Origin: Eledone cirrhosa
Lineage: Eukaryota
Direction: 5' to 3'
Assembly: GCA_964016885.1 (NCBI GenBank)
Contig: OZ024745.1
Location: 122,140,001-122,204,000, forward strand
DNA length: 64,000 bases
This document shows positions 1 to 12,405 of this stretch, piece after piece. The notes under the pieces are model-generated. The model saw only the letters and a program-made list of their open reading frames with translations, was not told the DNA's origin and searched no databases. The translations under genes and the position numbers were made by a program. The stretch's first letter is position 1, and the number at the start of each line of letters is the position of its first letter.

Positions 1-23
1 ATCTCATTTGCATATGAAGCTGT

Positions 24-245
24 TTAACCCTTTAGCATTCACATTACTCTATATTATATTTTCACAGTAAAGGCTTTACCTCACATAATTATCTCACATA
101 ATACTGAATCTATGAGATTTTTGAAAGTATTTATTTTGAGAACAATACCTTAACATCAGTTTGAGTGACCAGTTACAACCAGTTTCAACAGAAAAGGGTA
201 GAGAATTCTGGCCGGTTTTGGGCGGTTTGAACATTAAAGGGTTAA
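24..245 (+). mobile_element. piggyBac-type MITE family A (~220 bp)
   Basis: Ends TTAA|CCCTTTAGCATT ... ACATTAAAGGG|TTAA; conserved internal sequence is shared with 11 other copies in the window. Confidence 0.85.
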
Positions 246-265
246 GTTGGCTCAACTTAAAATGG

Positions 266-304
<39 letters not shown>

Positions 305-1364
305 CATACATACAGAAGAGATGGAAAAAATTCAGGAACATGAATAAGACAATAGCAGAGATAGTAAAGGTAAAAATGAGTGACTGATTACAACAAATAT
401 GTAACACACATGCATATATTTTGTGTGTGTGTGTGTGTGTGTGTGGAGGGGGGGGGGGGTATTGACACCTAATAGTGCATTATCTTTTGTTGATATTATT
501 TGCCAGTTGAAAATGTAAATTGACACATTAAATTCCTTATTTAACTGTTCCAGAAACTAAAATAGTTGTTTAACTGTCATGATGTCAACAGTTGGTTACA
601 AAAGCTCACATTTGTTTTATTGTTTCTGAATTCATTGGAAAGTACCAATATATTTGTCATATAAATTGTTTTTTTTTTTTTCTCTTTTTACTTTTTCTTT
701 TTTATTTGTTGTATTAGATTATGGAATGGTACATTTTGATTTAATTCTACGAGTAATCTGAGTCATATAACATGATCGGCATGTTCCTGTTTGGAATTAT
801 GGGGTTTATATTTGAAAAAGAAGTAGTAATAATGACAAGTGTGTCCATGGTTGTGGAAGCATTCTGAATTTGGGGGTTGGGTTGCAGATTTGACCAATTT
901 AGTTGTAGTGATTAGTCTAGCTCTTATCAAATATCAACCAAGATATAAAAAACTTTGATATGTGATAAACATAACATGTAGATAAATATTACATATAAAA
1001 ATAGATGTGTGTTTTGGTAGTTTGGAAAATATAATTATTGGGGGCGGGGGGTCCACCGGGTTCTATTGCCTCTGATGGTAATGGGTGGTGGTGTTATGGT
1101 TGAGGAGTGAAGGGCTTGAGAAGTAGGGATACTGATAGTGGGGGCAGTAGTGATAATTTGACACAGGGAAATATAGTAATTATTTAATAAGGATTTGTGT
1201 TGGCAAATATTTTTTTTAGTGTTTTAATTTCTTCCATATATGGGCAAATTTGAATTCACCAGCTAACAACCTGTCCAGCTGATGGAAAACAAGAATGAGA
1301 ATGATGGTGTATAATATTCATGTATTATAACTAATAGTGTTGATGATAACAGGATAAACATACC

Positions 1365-1693
1365 CTGTACACTTTGTAAAGTGGTTGTTGATAGGAAGGG
1401 CACCTAGTCATAGAAAACCTGCTAAACAAAATGGGTGGAAGGACCCTTCAGCTGTGTCAATGAAATAGCAGCCTCCCTAGACTTGGTAATATGTGGGACT
1501 GTATGTGAGTTGCAGGTTGCTGGCCCATCTAAGCCCTCAGTAGAGTGCAGGAACATAAACAAAAATGTTGGTTTGCAGCCAACTGTGGGGGTCACTAACT
1601 CTGTCTTGAGTAGCAACCCAGTCTACTGAGGACTCGTCCAAACCTTGCTAGCAGAGAAAGTGGACATTAAACAAAGATGATGAAGATGATGAT
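1365..1693 (+). mobile_element. RTE-type LINE/SINE 3' tail, diverged
   Basis: ACTTTGTAAAGTGGTTGTTGATAGGAAGGGCA...GGACATTAAAC plus (GAT)n end; resembles the tail attached to the RTE ORF at 56.4 kb. Confidence 0.65.
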
Positions 1694-1789
1694 AACTAAT
1701 CCTCATTACAATTTTACATGGGTTGGATGATTGTCTGAGATTAGACTGTTTGGAAAGCCACTTCTTGCTTTTACATTCCATATTTACCA

Positions 1790-1990
1790 TAGTTTCTACA
1801 GCTGGATGCCCTTCCTAATGTCAACCACTTTATATAGTGTATTGGGTGCATTTTATCATGGCATTATCAATTCCAATTTATAGAATGTACTGGGTACATT
1901 TTATTATGGTACCAGCATTAAAACTTTACTGAGTGCTATTTATCATAACACTGATACTATGACATTACAGGGTGTACTGGGTGCATTTTA
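1790..1990 (-). mobile_element. RTE-type 3' tail, inverted and diverged, with degenerate internal repeats
   Basis: TTTCTACAGCTGGATGCCCTTCCTAATGTCAACCACTTT followed by repeated GTACTGGGTGCATTTTAT units. Confidence 0.6.
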
Positions 1991-2051
1991 TGGTATCAGC
2001 ACTGGAACTAAAAAAAACAAAACTATCACGAAAGAGTTTCTAGGTACTAGA

Positions 2052-2383
2052 ATTCTTTTCCATATGATGATGCGTATATATGTGTTTGTGTGTGTGTGTA
2101 TATGTGCATATGTATACATTTATATGCATGAGTATATAAATATAAATGCGCAAACACACACACATTCACATAAACGTGCACATACATTCACACACATACA
2201 TTCACACATACATTTACAATACATGTAAAGAGAGAGGAATAGTTTGACTACCTCATACTACTCCTCTCTCTTTATATCTGCTGTCTACATGAAAGACATC
2301 AAGAGAGAGGAGCAGTATGAGGTAGTCAAACTACTTTCTCTCTTTACATGTTATGACAGAATCACAGAAATTTATATATAGAT
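2052..2383 (+). repeat. Dispersed hairpin-bearing repeat (family E) with inverted duplication 2221-2351
   Basis: AAAGAGAGAGGAATAG...CTACTCCTCTCTCTTT hairpin; related sequence at 37398-37782 (-) and 40732-40800 (+). Confidence 0.7.
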
Positions 2384-2703
2384 TGGCATAGTGTTGTTGT
2401 GAACTATTGTGAATAACTATTGTGAATAACTTAACTCTTCAGAGATAATGCCGGTCTATTTTGAATTCTTTAAAGATGGTGAGCAACTCTATTATATTAC
2501 AACCCTGACAATCTGGCAATTCTACAAATAAACTGAAAGTATGCTTCCACTCAAAAGTCTGTTGATGAACTTCCAGGATGCTCTAGTCTTGTATGTAGAA
2601 TATTTGATTGGCTACTGAGAAGAATTTAAGGGTGGGGAGAGGGAAGACAAAAACTATCAAACAAAAAACAACTACTAAAAAACTTAGATTTCCTATTTAT
2701 GTA

Positions 2704-2810
2704 TTAACCTTCTAGAGGCTGATTTTTTAAATGAATTACTTCCCTTGATACTGTATTACGTATTAAGGAGAGATTACTCTATCAGTGCATTCAGTTGCCA
2801 AGAGGATTAA
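2704..2810 (+). mobile_element. Short TTAA-flanked MITE family C (~110 bp)
   Basis: TTAA at both ends; internal TTCCCTTGA...GATTACTCTAT shared with 50102-50217. Confidence 0.55.
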
Positions 2811-2919
2811 TTGTAGTACACAAATAAATAAAACACGTTTTTATATTAACTAGGGCTGTATTTATTACTCAACTAGAACTAGTTGTAATTATATTTTCAT
2901 TAATGCATAATCATCTTCA

Positions 2920-3170
2920 TCAAGATCTGGTGTTGGACATGCAAAAGTCACTCTTGCAAAATGGGAATATTTAAAGGATGGGGACATTGTGTGTGACTGC
3001 GGCATCAAACCACAGACTACACAGCACCTCCTGATATGCCCCCTGCTGGGACACCCTGCACAGCATTGGACTTGGCAAAGTTTAATGAGAAAGGACAGCA
3101 ATGTGTTCAACTGGCGGGACCACATCTAGCCAAGTTTTGTAACTGACACTCTTGTGGACACAAGAAGAAA
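2920..3170 (+). pseudogene. 3' end of a Vingi/Ingi-like LINE (CCHC knuckle), frameshifted
   Basis: Manual translation RSGVGHAKVTLAKWEYLKDGDIVCDCGIKPQTTQHLLICPLLG; ends GACACAAGAAGAA; shorter second copy at 4558-4668. Confidence 0.65.
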
Positions 3171-3504
3171 ATCTTCATCATTATTTAATGTTTTCGCTGT
3201 AATACACACACACACACATACACACCATCATCATTGTTTGATGTCCATTTTCTACACTAGCGTGTGTTAGATGAGATGTTCTGTTGTGAGACAAATCAGA
3301 TCATGGACTGGGTGCCTTTTGTCATGCCATTAACCCAGCTGCCTTACAGGGTTGTCTGGGTGGTTTTTCTTGTGTCACCAACACAACCACCTTACATATG
3401 ATATATATAATAGATGTATGCAAGTCTGGAAAACCAGACATAAAAAGGGTGATGATGATATGTTATATATGTGTGTGCATGATATATGTATTATGTATAT
3501 ATAT

Positions 3505-3703
3505 CATCATCATACGTCCGCTTTTCCCTGCTTGCAAGGGTGCGACAGGTCCTCTTCAGCACAGCATCTCTCCATTTGTCACTGTCCTTTGTCATCTCCT
3601 CTGTGCACCTCACTGATCTGAGGCCAGCTCTCACCACTTCCACCCATGTTTTTTGTGGTCTTTCTCTACTATGTCTTCTTTCCTCTGGGATTACTTGGCA
3701 CTT
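3505..3703 (-). pseudogene. RTE LINE ORF C-terminus and (GAT)n tail
   Basis: Reverse translation ...SRERPQKTWVEVVRAGLRSVRCTEEMTKDSDKWRDAV matches the RTE GRPxKTW...DRxxWR pattern. Confidence 0.7.
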
Positions 3704-3713
3704 ATAATATGAT

Positions 3714-3759
<46 letters not shown>

Positions 3760-3879
3760 TATTATCATATACCAATTATTTAACATCATATTTTTGAAGA
3801 TTAATTTAAAAGCTGTGTTTTGCTTTAATGTTTATTTATGTAGTTTAATGTTACACAGAATATACCTTTACATAAAAAA

Positions 3880-4101
3880 AACACACAGTCCACGCTGTAA
3901 TGTGGCCGTGTAGGTAACACGGTAAAAACCTCCCAGTCCACACTGTAAACGTGGTTGGTGTTAGGAAGGGCATCCAGCCATAGAAAACCTGCCAGACAGT
4001 CCCATATGAGCGAGACGACTAATCTTGCTTCAAGTGGGACAATTCCCGTCTAAACCCATGCTAGCGTGGAAGATAGACGTTAAACGATGATGATGATGAT
4101 A
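3880..4101 (+). mobile_element. RTE 3' UTR fragment
   Basis: Close match to the reverse complement of 56390-56610; ends GACGTTAAAC(GAT)n. Confidence 0.8.
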
Positions 4102-4557
4102 AATACTCATATCATAATATTCACAATAATCTATTTCTTAGTTCATAATATTCCTATTGGAAGCTGATTACATGTACTTAAACGTACCTGATCCTGATAT
4201 ATACATTTTTGTTGCAATATCTCAATGTTGATTGAACATTGAATTTCATGAATAAAATCTGATAATTCTTTAGAATTTCTATTTTAACTTCCTCTAATGA
4301 TTTTGCAGAAAATATCTAAAAATGTGTTTTGTGAGTGTATTTCTAGGGAAACACTCTCTTAACTGATGAATACTTTTTAGGGATTTGCTAAAATTATTGA
4401 TTATTTCATTACTTAATATATGTTTCTTATATAAAACTGTAGGAACAATTGGATTTAAAATGGGTGGTTTTATTTCATAGAACCAGAGCTTGTTTTGACC
4501 AGGTTGACCTGCATGGCACCATAACTCCTGAAAGTGTCGTAGAGGCACCATATTGAT

Positions 4558-4668
4558 ATATGGACTTGGAAGAGTTTAATGAGAAAGGACAGCAATGTGT
4601 TCAGCTATGGCGGAACCACATCAAGCCACGTTTTGTAGCTGACACTCTTCTGGACACAATAAGAAGAT
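4558..4668 (+). mobile_element. Vingi-like LINE 3' end, second copy
   Basis: TGGACTTGG..AGTTTAATGAGAAAGGACAGCAATGTGTTCA shared with 3066-3170. Confidence 0.65.
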
Positions 4669-4687
4669 TGATATATGGGGTTTCTAG

Positions 4688-4888
4688 GGGATTGGTAGGT
4701 TCATTGGAGCATAGCAATATTTATTTCACCTCTTTATGTTCTGATTTCAACTCTTTTTAAAGTCAGCTTTGCCTTTCATTCCTCTGGAGTCAATAAAATA
4801 AAGTTCTAGTAATGTAGTAGGGTCAATTTAATTGACTTTCCCTTCCCCCAGAATCACTGCCCCTGTGCCTAAAGTAGAAATTATTATT
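4688..4888 (+). mobile_element. tRNA-derived SINE family 1, old copy
   Basis: CTTTGCCTTTCATT...AATAAAATAAAGTT...TGTGCCTAAAGTAGAAATTATT. Confidence 0.65.
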
Positions 4889-5437
4889 GTTCCATGACAT
4901 ACTGAAATCTTCTCCCCCTTACTCATTCCTTCATCTCTCTCCTTTACATTTTTTCCATTTGAAGATTTGAAGTTTTAATGAGGTGTGATTTAACAGATTA
5001 TATTTATTATTAGTTGTGAGTTAAAATCTAAACTAAACTACTGAAACAGCTCTCAACAAACCATGTTTTTCAAATGTTGAAAATATATCAGCAATAGACA
5101 AGATTTGTTAACATATATAGTAAGTAAATTGGTTTCTATTTAAATCTAGGAAACATGAGAGCTTGCTTTCTATCTGGAAAAAGTTTGTATTTGTGTGTGC
5201 TCCTTGGTGCTAATGTTTGTATAACCTCTTTTACTTTGCAAGGGTATAGATGTTTTAGTTGTATTTTTTTTCTTTTATATTCAAGAAGAGTTTGGATAGC
5301 AGGGTATTTTTGTATTGGATAAATATATTACAGAATCGAGAGAATTTCAATTATATAGAAGTCATTTTTAAATGTAAAACGTTCTTGTTTTTGTTGATAT
5401 GTTTCCTGTATAAAAATGTACACAAGTAAATACATTA

Positions 5438-5645
5438 TTAACCCTTTAGCATTTATATTACTCTGTTTATACTATTGTATTTTTACATAATTATCTCACA
5501 TAATATCGAATCTGAGATTTTGATATCATTTATTTTGAGAACAATACCTTAACATCAGTATGAGTGGCTGGTTACAGTTATATTGAACAGAAAGAGGTGA
5601 AAGAATACTAGCTGGATTCGGCCAGTTTAAATGCTAAAGGGTTAA
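5438..5645 (+). mobile_element. MITE family A
   Basis: TTAACCCTTTAGCATTT ... AAATGCTAAAGGGTTAA. Confidence 0.85.
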
Positions 5646-5973
5646 GAGATCTTCCAGATCTTAGATTACAAGTTCATTCTTCACTACGAGCTGTTAATTT
5701 TGAACAAGATACTTGATTCATTAAAAGCCAAACTAGTGCCATATTTTTTATACTTTTCTTTTTTAATCAATCCTTTTTGTTGGGGTTGAGGTTGTGTGGG
5801 TAGTGGAAGGTGACTACACTATAACTACTAATAATATTTAAATGTTGACACTGCTTCAATTTGCTGATATATCTGTGATATCCCATGTATTTCAATATGT
5901 TGACATATGATATAAATATTGTATCTTAGTTTGTTCTTTGAGTTGTAAAATTATATAATCTTTTCATAACCTT

Positions 5974-6210
5974 TTAATTCTTTTCATATCAAACTGTCCA
6001 AAACTGACCTTACTACTTTTGCTTGTTTTAAAGTATTTATATTTATCTGTAAACCTTTTATTACAATCTTATATAAGAATTATTATTATTTTCCAAACAT
6101 TTTAATAATGAGAAAGTTATTACTAAATCCCATAACATTCTTGATGATTTTTGAAGACTATTTATAAATTATAGTATTTTTCGTTAGAAATACGGTAATG
6201 AAAGGGTTAA
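5974..6210 (+). mobile_element. piggyBac-type MITE family B (uninterrupted copy)
   Basis: TTAA..TTTTCATATCAAACTGTCCAAAACTG ... GAAAGGGTTAA; related to 6862-7571, 13799-14483 and 55200-56008. Confidence 0.65.
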
Positions 6211-6713
6211 ATCATTGTTTTAACTCTCTTTATTCTCATTATTTTATTCTGATACTCTTTCCCCCACCCCCGATCCATATCTTACTCTTTCTAAAATAGT
6301 ACTTTTACTGTTTTTAAAAGATTGCATCTTTCCCCAGCTCTACTCCATTCTTCCGCCCACCCCCACTACTCTCCTCCCTGCACTTCTTCTGTATGTTTCT
6401 CTTTTCTTGATATGTTTCCAGATTGTTCTGTACATGAGATGATGTGTCAGTGTTAGTAGGATAAATATTGTTTATATTCTAACCTGGCATCTTTTGACAT
6501 CTTTCTACTTCCTGCGTTAGATCATAAACAGGTTAAAGTGGGCAACCTACATTCATGGTTGGAGCACTGCTGGGGGGCGCCACAGCCAAGGTGGGGCCTG
6601 TCAGTGTTGTTGTAGGTGGAATATTTTGTCAGGAGGGGAGAATTTGTAGAAAGGAACATTTCTGCTCAGTGGCTGCTTCTGTAAAGATCCTATCTTACTG
6701 CTGTTAGTGAAAG

Positions 6714-6757
<44 letters not shown>

Positions 6758-6861
6758 ACAAAAACTTTACATGTTTCACACACCTTCTACTTCTTTGAGA
6801 ATATAAACAATCACCACAACTGGTAATCAACTGTTTTCTTATTTTGATTTTATTCATTCAT

Positions 6862-7571
6862 TTAACCTCTTTTGATACCACCTGAAACTGACCCTTGTTC
6901 TATGTACAAAACCATTTAATGTGTTTATTCATATTTATCTTAAAAACCTTCCATTATAATTTTATGTAAGAACTTTTATGTTTCAAACACCAATTTAACC
7001 CTTTAACATTTACATTATTCCGTAAGGATGAAAGGCTAAGTTAACCTTGGTGGGATTAGAACTCCTGGCCCTTTGTGTTCTGAGTTCTAATCCCGCCGAG
7101 GTTAACTTTGCCTTTCATCCTTACGGGGTCGATAAAATAAAGTACCAGTAATATACTGGGATTGTACCAAAAGTAGAAACAATTATTATATATATACTTT
7201 TGTTTTTATAACAATTATTATTATATATACTTTTGTTTTTATAACAATTATTATTATATATACTTTTGTTTTTTTTTGTGGTAAAGGATTTATCTCACAA
7301 TTATCTCACATAGTATTGAATCTATGAGATTTTGATATTATTTATTTTAAGAACAGTACCTTAACATCAGTATGAGTGGCTGGTTACAGCTGGTTTGAAC
7401 AGAAAGAGGTGAGATAATTCTGGCCAGATATGGCTGATTTAAATGCTAAAGGATTAATAATGAGAATGTTAGTTATATTACTAAATCTCTCCAAATTCTT
7501 AATTATTTTCAAAATGAATGTCAAAACATAGAGAGTATCTTTCATTAGGAATATGGATGTGAAAGGGTTAC
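6862..7571 (+). mobile_element. MITE-B interrupted at an internal TTAA by MITE-A (6995-7457), which is itself interrupted by SINE1 (7021-7188)
   Basis: The B halves rejoin to match 5974-6210 and the A halves rejoin to match 24-245. Confidence 0.75.
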
Positions 7572-7969
7572 GTTAAATTAAAAATACATAATTAGGAAAG
7601 AAAAAAACCCCCAAAACTTATCTTTCTATTTTAAAAACTACATTTTTTTTTTATTTTCAACAATAATTTTTGTTTACTTCTCTATCTCTCTCTCTCTCTC
7701 TCTCTCTAACCTCCCCTCTTTTTCCTCTCACTCTCTCTAACCCTCTAACCTCCTCTTTTTCTCTCTACCCCCTCTTTCTCCTCTCTCTAACCTCTCTACC
7801 CCCTCTCTCTCCTCTCTCTAACCTCTCCACCCTCTCTCTCCCCACACATAATGATGGTTGAAACAACTTCAGTCCTTAATTCAATTTCATTTAAGTCTTA
7901 ATGTAAATATTATTTGTTATATCTTCAGTTGCTTTAAAAATGTTCTTTTTCTTTGTGTCATCATTATAC

Positions 7970-8168
7970 ATGGATTGGCAGTATCAGTAGCAGATCAGAT
8001 GCCATGTTTTGCAGTATAGAGTTTCGGCCCCATTATGTTCTGAGTTCAAATCCTGCTGAGGTTAACTTTGCCTCCCGTAAGGATGAATCCTTATGGGGTT
8101 GATAAAATAAAGTACCAGTAATGCACTGGGGTAATTGCTGGCCTTGTGCCAAAAGTAGATACAGTTAT
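7970..8168 (+). mobile_element. SINE family 1 with an internal micro-inversion
   Basis: TGGATTGGCAGTATCAGTAG head, B-box GAGTTCAAATCC, extra CCCGTAAGGATGAA (reverse complement of its own body). Confidence 0.85.
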
Positions 8169-8555
8169 ACATAGTGACTGGTTGGTAGATAATACATAGT
8201 GACTGGTTGGTAGATAATATATAGTGACTGGTTGGTAGATAATATATAGTGACTGGTTGGTAGATAATATATAGTGACTGGTTGGTAGATAATATATAGT
8301 GACTGGTTGGTAGATAATATATAGTGACTGGTTGGTAGATAATACAGTGACTGGTTGGTAGAATATAGAGTGACTGGTTGGTAGATAATATATAGTGACT
8401 GGTTGGTAGATAATACAGTGACTGGTTGGTAGAATATAGAGTGACTGGTTGGTAGATAATACAGTGACTGGTTGGTAGATTGTATAGAGTGACTGGTTGG
8501 TAGATTGTATAGAGTGACTGGTTGGTAGATTGTATAGAGTGGTTAGTTGGTGGAA
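8169..8555. repeat. 25-bp minisatellite (ATAGTGACTGGTTGGTAGATAATAT), ~15 units
   Basis: Direct tandem units starting at the SINE tail. Confidence 0.95.
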
Positions 8556-8929
8556 TTATACATAATGACTGATTGATAGAATTGTTAGAGCATAGGATAA
8601 AATGTTTTGCCTTTTATCCTTCTGAGGTTGATAAAATAAAGTACCAATCAAGTATTGGAGCAAACATAATCAATGAAACCATCTCCTTTAAATTTCTGGC
8701 CTTGTGTCTCAAGTATAAAACAATTATTATAAATATTTATTTGCTTTTTGTATCTGCAAACACTCCTTATTTTTTTAAAGATTCTTTAGATTCTTTTTTT
8801 AGCATCAAATTAAATAAATTTTAGTGTTGAATTTGTTTGGCAAGTGACTTTATTTGAGATAGTGTGCTTAACCTCTTCAGTGTCGTAGACAAGATAACTC
8901 ATCCTAACATGTATGCATTCCAGTGCCGT

Positions 8930-9626
8930 GTATGTGTATACATAATGTGTATATATATATACATATACATATACATTGTGTGTGTATATATATATATATA
9001 CATATACATTATGTGTGTATATATATACATATACATTGTGTGTATATATATATACATATACATTATGTGTATATATATACATATACATTGTGTATATATA
9101 TATATACATATACATTGTGTATATATATATATACATATACATTGTGTATATATATATATACATATACATTATGTGTATATATATACATATACATTGTGTA
9201 TATATATATATATATACATATACATTATGTGTATATATATACATATACATTGTGTATATATATATATATACATATACATTGTGTATATATATATATACAT
9301 ATACATTATGTGTATATATATATATATACATATACATTGTGTATATATATATATATATATATACATATACATTGTGTGTATGTATATATATATATATACA
9401 TATACGTTGTGTGTGTATATATATATATATATATACATATACATTGTGTGTGTGTATATATATATATATATACATATACATTATGTGTATATATATATAT
9501 ATACATATACGTTGTGTGTGTGTATATATATATATATATATACATATACATTGTGTGTGTGTATATATATATATATATACATATACATTATGTATATATA
9601 CATATACATTATGTATATATACATAT
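8930..9626. repeat. Compound microsatellite, unit TACATATACATT(G/A)TG(TA)n
   Basis: Direct reading; source of the spurious Y/I/H-rich ORFs. Confidence 0.95.
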
Positions 9627-9786
9627 ACATGGACACACTGGAAGAGGAAGACCAAGGTTAACGTATGTTGATGCCCTAAGGACAGACACTGGGCTGTTGG
9701 AGACGCAGGATATGGCAGCGATAATGAGGGACAGAGACAGCTGGAGAGAACTCGTCCACGGATCTCGGGAATGTTACCCGCCCTAG
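9627..9786 (+). pseudogene. RTE-clade LINE ORF C-terminal fragment
   Basis: [22 protein letters not shown]...[11 protein letters not shown] (GRPR...DR..WR motif). Confidence 0.75.
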
Positions 9787-9820
9787 AAAAGAATATATAT
9801 ATATACACATATACATTATG

Positions 9821-9854
<34 letters not shown>

Positions 9855-9921
9855 TTATGTATATATATATATGTTTATGTATATGTATGTATATATGTAT
9901 GTATATATATATGTGTATATG

Positions 9922-9953
<32 letters not shown>

Positions 9954-9964
9954 TTATATATATA

Positions 9965-10600
9965 TCATCATCATCATCATTTTACGTCTGCTTTTCCCTG
10001 CTTGCAAGGGTGGGACGGGAACTGATTCTGGCTTGATTTCTACAGCTGGATGCCCTTCCTAACACCAACCTCATTTACAGTGAGTGCTGGGTGCTTTTTT
10101 GCTGTCGCGCCTCCACGACCACTTTGCAGTTCTGACTCTAGCTACTGTACTTTCGGAGCACCCTCCCCCACTGCTGATTTTGTCACCCAGGTAACGGAAG
10201 CTGTCCACTATTTCTATAGAGCCCTCTGCGCAATTGAAAGAGTTAGTATTTTGTGGGCACTCGCTGCTACTTATTGCACCAGAGCACCGCCCACAATCGA
10301 AAGGTTGAGAGTTCAATTCTCAGACCGGGTGATGTGTTGTTTCCTTGAGCAAGACACTTTATTTCACATTGCTCCAGTTTACTCAGCTGTAGAAATGAGA
10401 TGATAGGGACTGGGGTCCATATCATTCTACTGCAAAGTGGTCATGGAGGTGCCACGGCAAAAGAGCACCCACCACTCACTGTAAATGAGGTTGGTGTTAG
10501 GAAGGGCATCCAGCTGTAGAAATCAAGCCAGAATCAGTTCCCGTCCCACCCTTGCAAGCAGGGAAAAGTGGACGTAAAATGATGATGATGATGATGATGA
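9965..10600. mobile_element. Chimeric retroposon: SINE2 tail (-), RTE ORF internal fragment (-, 10130-10290), SINE2 (+, 10291-10600)
   Basis: 10130-10290 is near-identical to 57273-57433; the outer segments are inverted copies ending in (GAT)n. Confidence 0.8.
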
Positions 10601-10815
10601 CACACACACAGATTTACAGATATATAGGCATATATTAGTGTTTGTGTATATGTGTATGCATGCACAGTTACGTACACAAATTAACACACATACACACACA
10701 CACACAATATAATTACATAAAAAACGATTTTGATATTGATGTTATCTCCACCACTACACTCACTCTCTCTCCACACCTTTTCCAATGCAACTGACATTTC
10801 ACACAATATACATCT

Positions 10816-11044
10816 TTAATCCTTTAGCATTTACATTACTCTATATTTACTATTGTATTTTCACAGTCAAGGCTTTCCCTCATATAGTTATCTCACAGAA
10901 TATTAAATCTATGAGATTTTGATATTATATATTTTGAGAACAGTACCTTAACATCAGTATAAGTAGCCAGTTACGGCCGGTTTGAACTGAAAGAAGTGAG
11001 AGAATTCTGGTTGGATACGGCTGATTTAAATGCTAAAGGGTTAA
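10816..11044 (+). mobile_element. MITE family A
   Basis: TTAA-flanked terminal inverted repeats and conserved body. Confidence 0.85.
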
Positions 11045-11147
11045 TATAATAAGCAAATGAATTTTACTTAGGTTCTTATTGTTTATTTTTTCAGCTTATT
11101 ATTCCTGGTCAATTTTAATTTTAGTCTTATTACAGAAATTAATTTGT

Positions 11148-12405
11148 ACTAGATTTATATTGTCGTAGTACCACACCAGTATTACACCTGTTAACTACAT
11201 TTATCTTGTCATAGTACCACACCAGTTTTACACCTGTTAACTAGATTTATATTGTCATAGTACCACACCAGTTTTACACCTGTTAACTAGATTTATATTG
11301 TCATAGTACCACACCAGTTTTACACCTGTTAACTACATTTATATTGTCATAGTACCACACCAGTTTTACACCTGTTAACTACATTTATCTTGTCGTAGTA
11401 CCACACCAGTTTTACACCTGTTAACTACATTTATCTTGTCATAGTACCACACCAGTTTTACACCTGTTAACTACATTTATCTTGTCATAGTACCACACCA
11501 GTTTTACACCTGTTAACTAGATTTATATTGTCATAGTACCACACCAGTTTTACACCTGTTAACTAGATTTATATTGTCGTAGTACCACACCAGTTTTACA
11601 CCTGTTAACTAGATTTATATTGTCGTAGTACCACACCAGTTATACACCTGTTAACTACATTTATATTGTCATAGTACCACACCAGTTTTACACCTGTTAA
11701 CTAGATTTATATTGTCGTAGTACCACACCAGTATTACACCTGTTAACTACATTTATATTGTCGTAGTACCACAGCAGTATTACACCTGTTAACTAGATTT
11801 ATATTGTCATAGTACCACACCAGTTTTACACCTGTTAACTAGATTTATATTGTCGTAGTACCACACCAGTTTTACACCTGTTAACTAGATTTATATTGTC
11901 GTAGTACCACACCAGTATTACACCTGTTAACTACATTTATATTGTCGTAGTACCACAGCAGTATTACACCTGTTAACTAGATTTATATTGTCGTAGTACC
12001 ACACCAGTTTTACACCTGTTAACTAGATTTATATTGTCGTAGTACCACAGCAGTATTACACCTGTTAACTAGATTTATATTGTCGTAGTACCACAGCAGT
12101 ATTACACCTGTTAACTACATTTATATTGTCGTAGTACCACAGCAGTATTACACCTGTTAACTACATTTATATTGTCGTAGTACCACACCAGTATTACACC
12201 TGTTAACTAGATTTATATTGTCATAGTACCACACCAGTTTTACACCTGTTAACTAGATTTATATTGCCGTAGTACCACACCAGTTTTACACCTGTTAACT
12301 AGATTTATATTGCCGTAGTACCACAGCAGTATTACACCTGTTAACTACATTTATCTTGTCGTAGTACCACACCAGTATTACACCTGTTAACTACATTTAT
12401 ATTGT
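11148..12405. repeat. 46-bp satellite (TAGTACCACACCAGTTTTACACCTGTTAACTAGATTTATATTGTCR), ~27 units
   Basis: Period 46 (11166 to 11212); head-to-tail units without spacers. Confidence 0.95.

Noticed and set aside
665-800. Polypyrimidine tract plus AG suggesting an exon (similar near 6420 and 19665)
   Set aside because: No convincing open frame or donor site; a micro-exon cannot be excluded without RNA-seq
1620-1650. Isolated CTGANGA heptamers (also near 4363, 8874, 44515, 51249, 53409, 54135, 58369)
   Set aside because: No correctly placed GAAA/NUH and stems; expected by chance
2317-2335. let-7-like TGAGGTAGT in a hairpin
   Set aside because: Only 9 nt match, and it lies in a dispersed repeat
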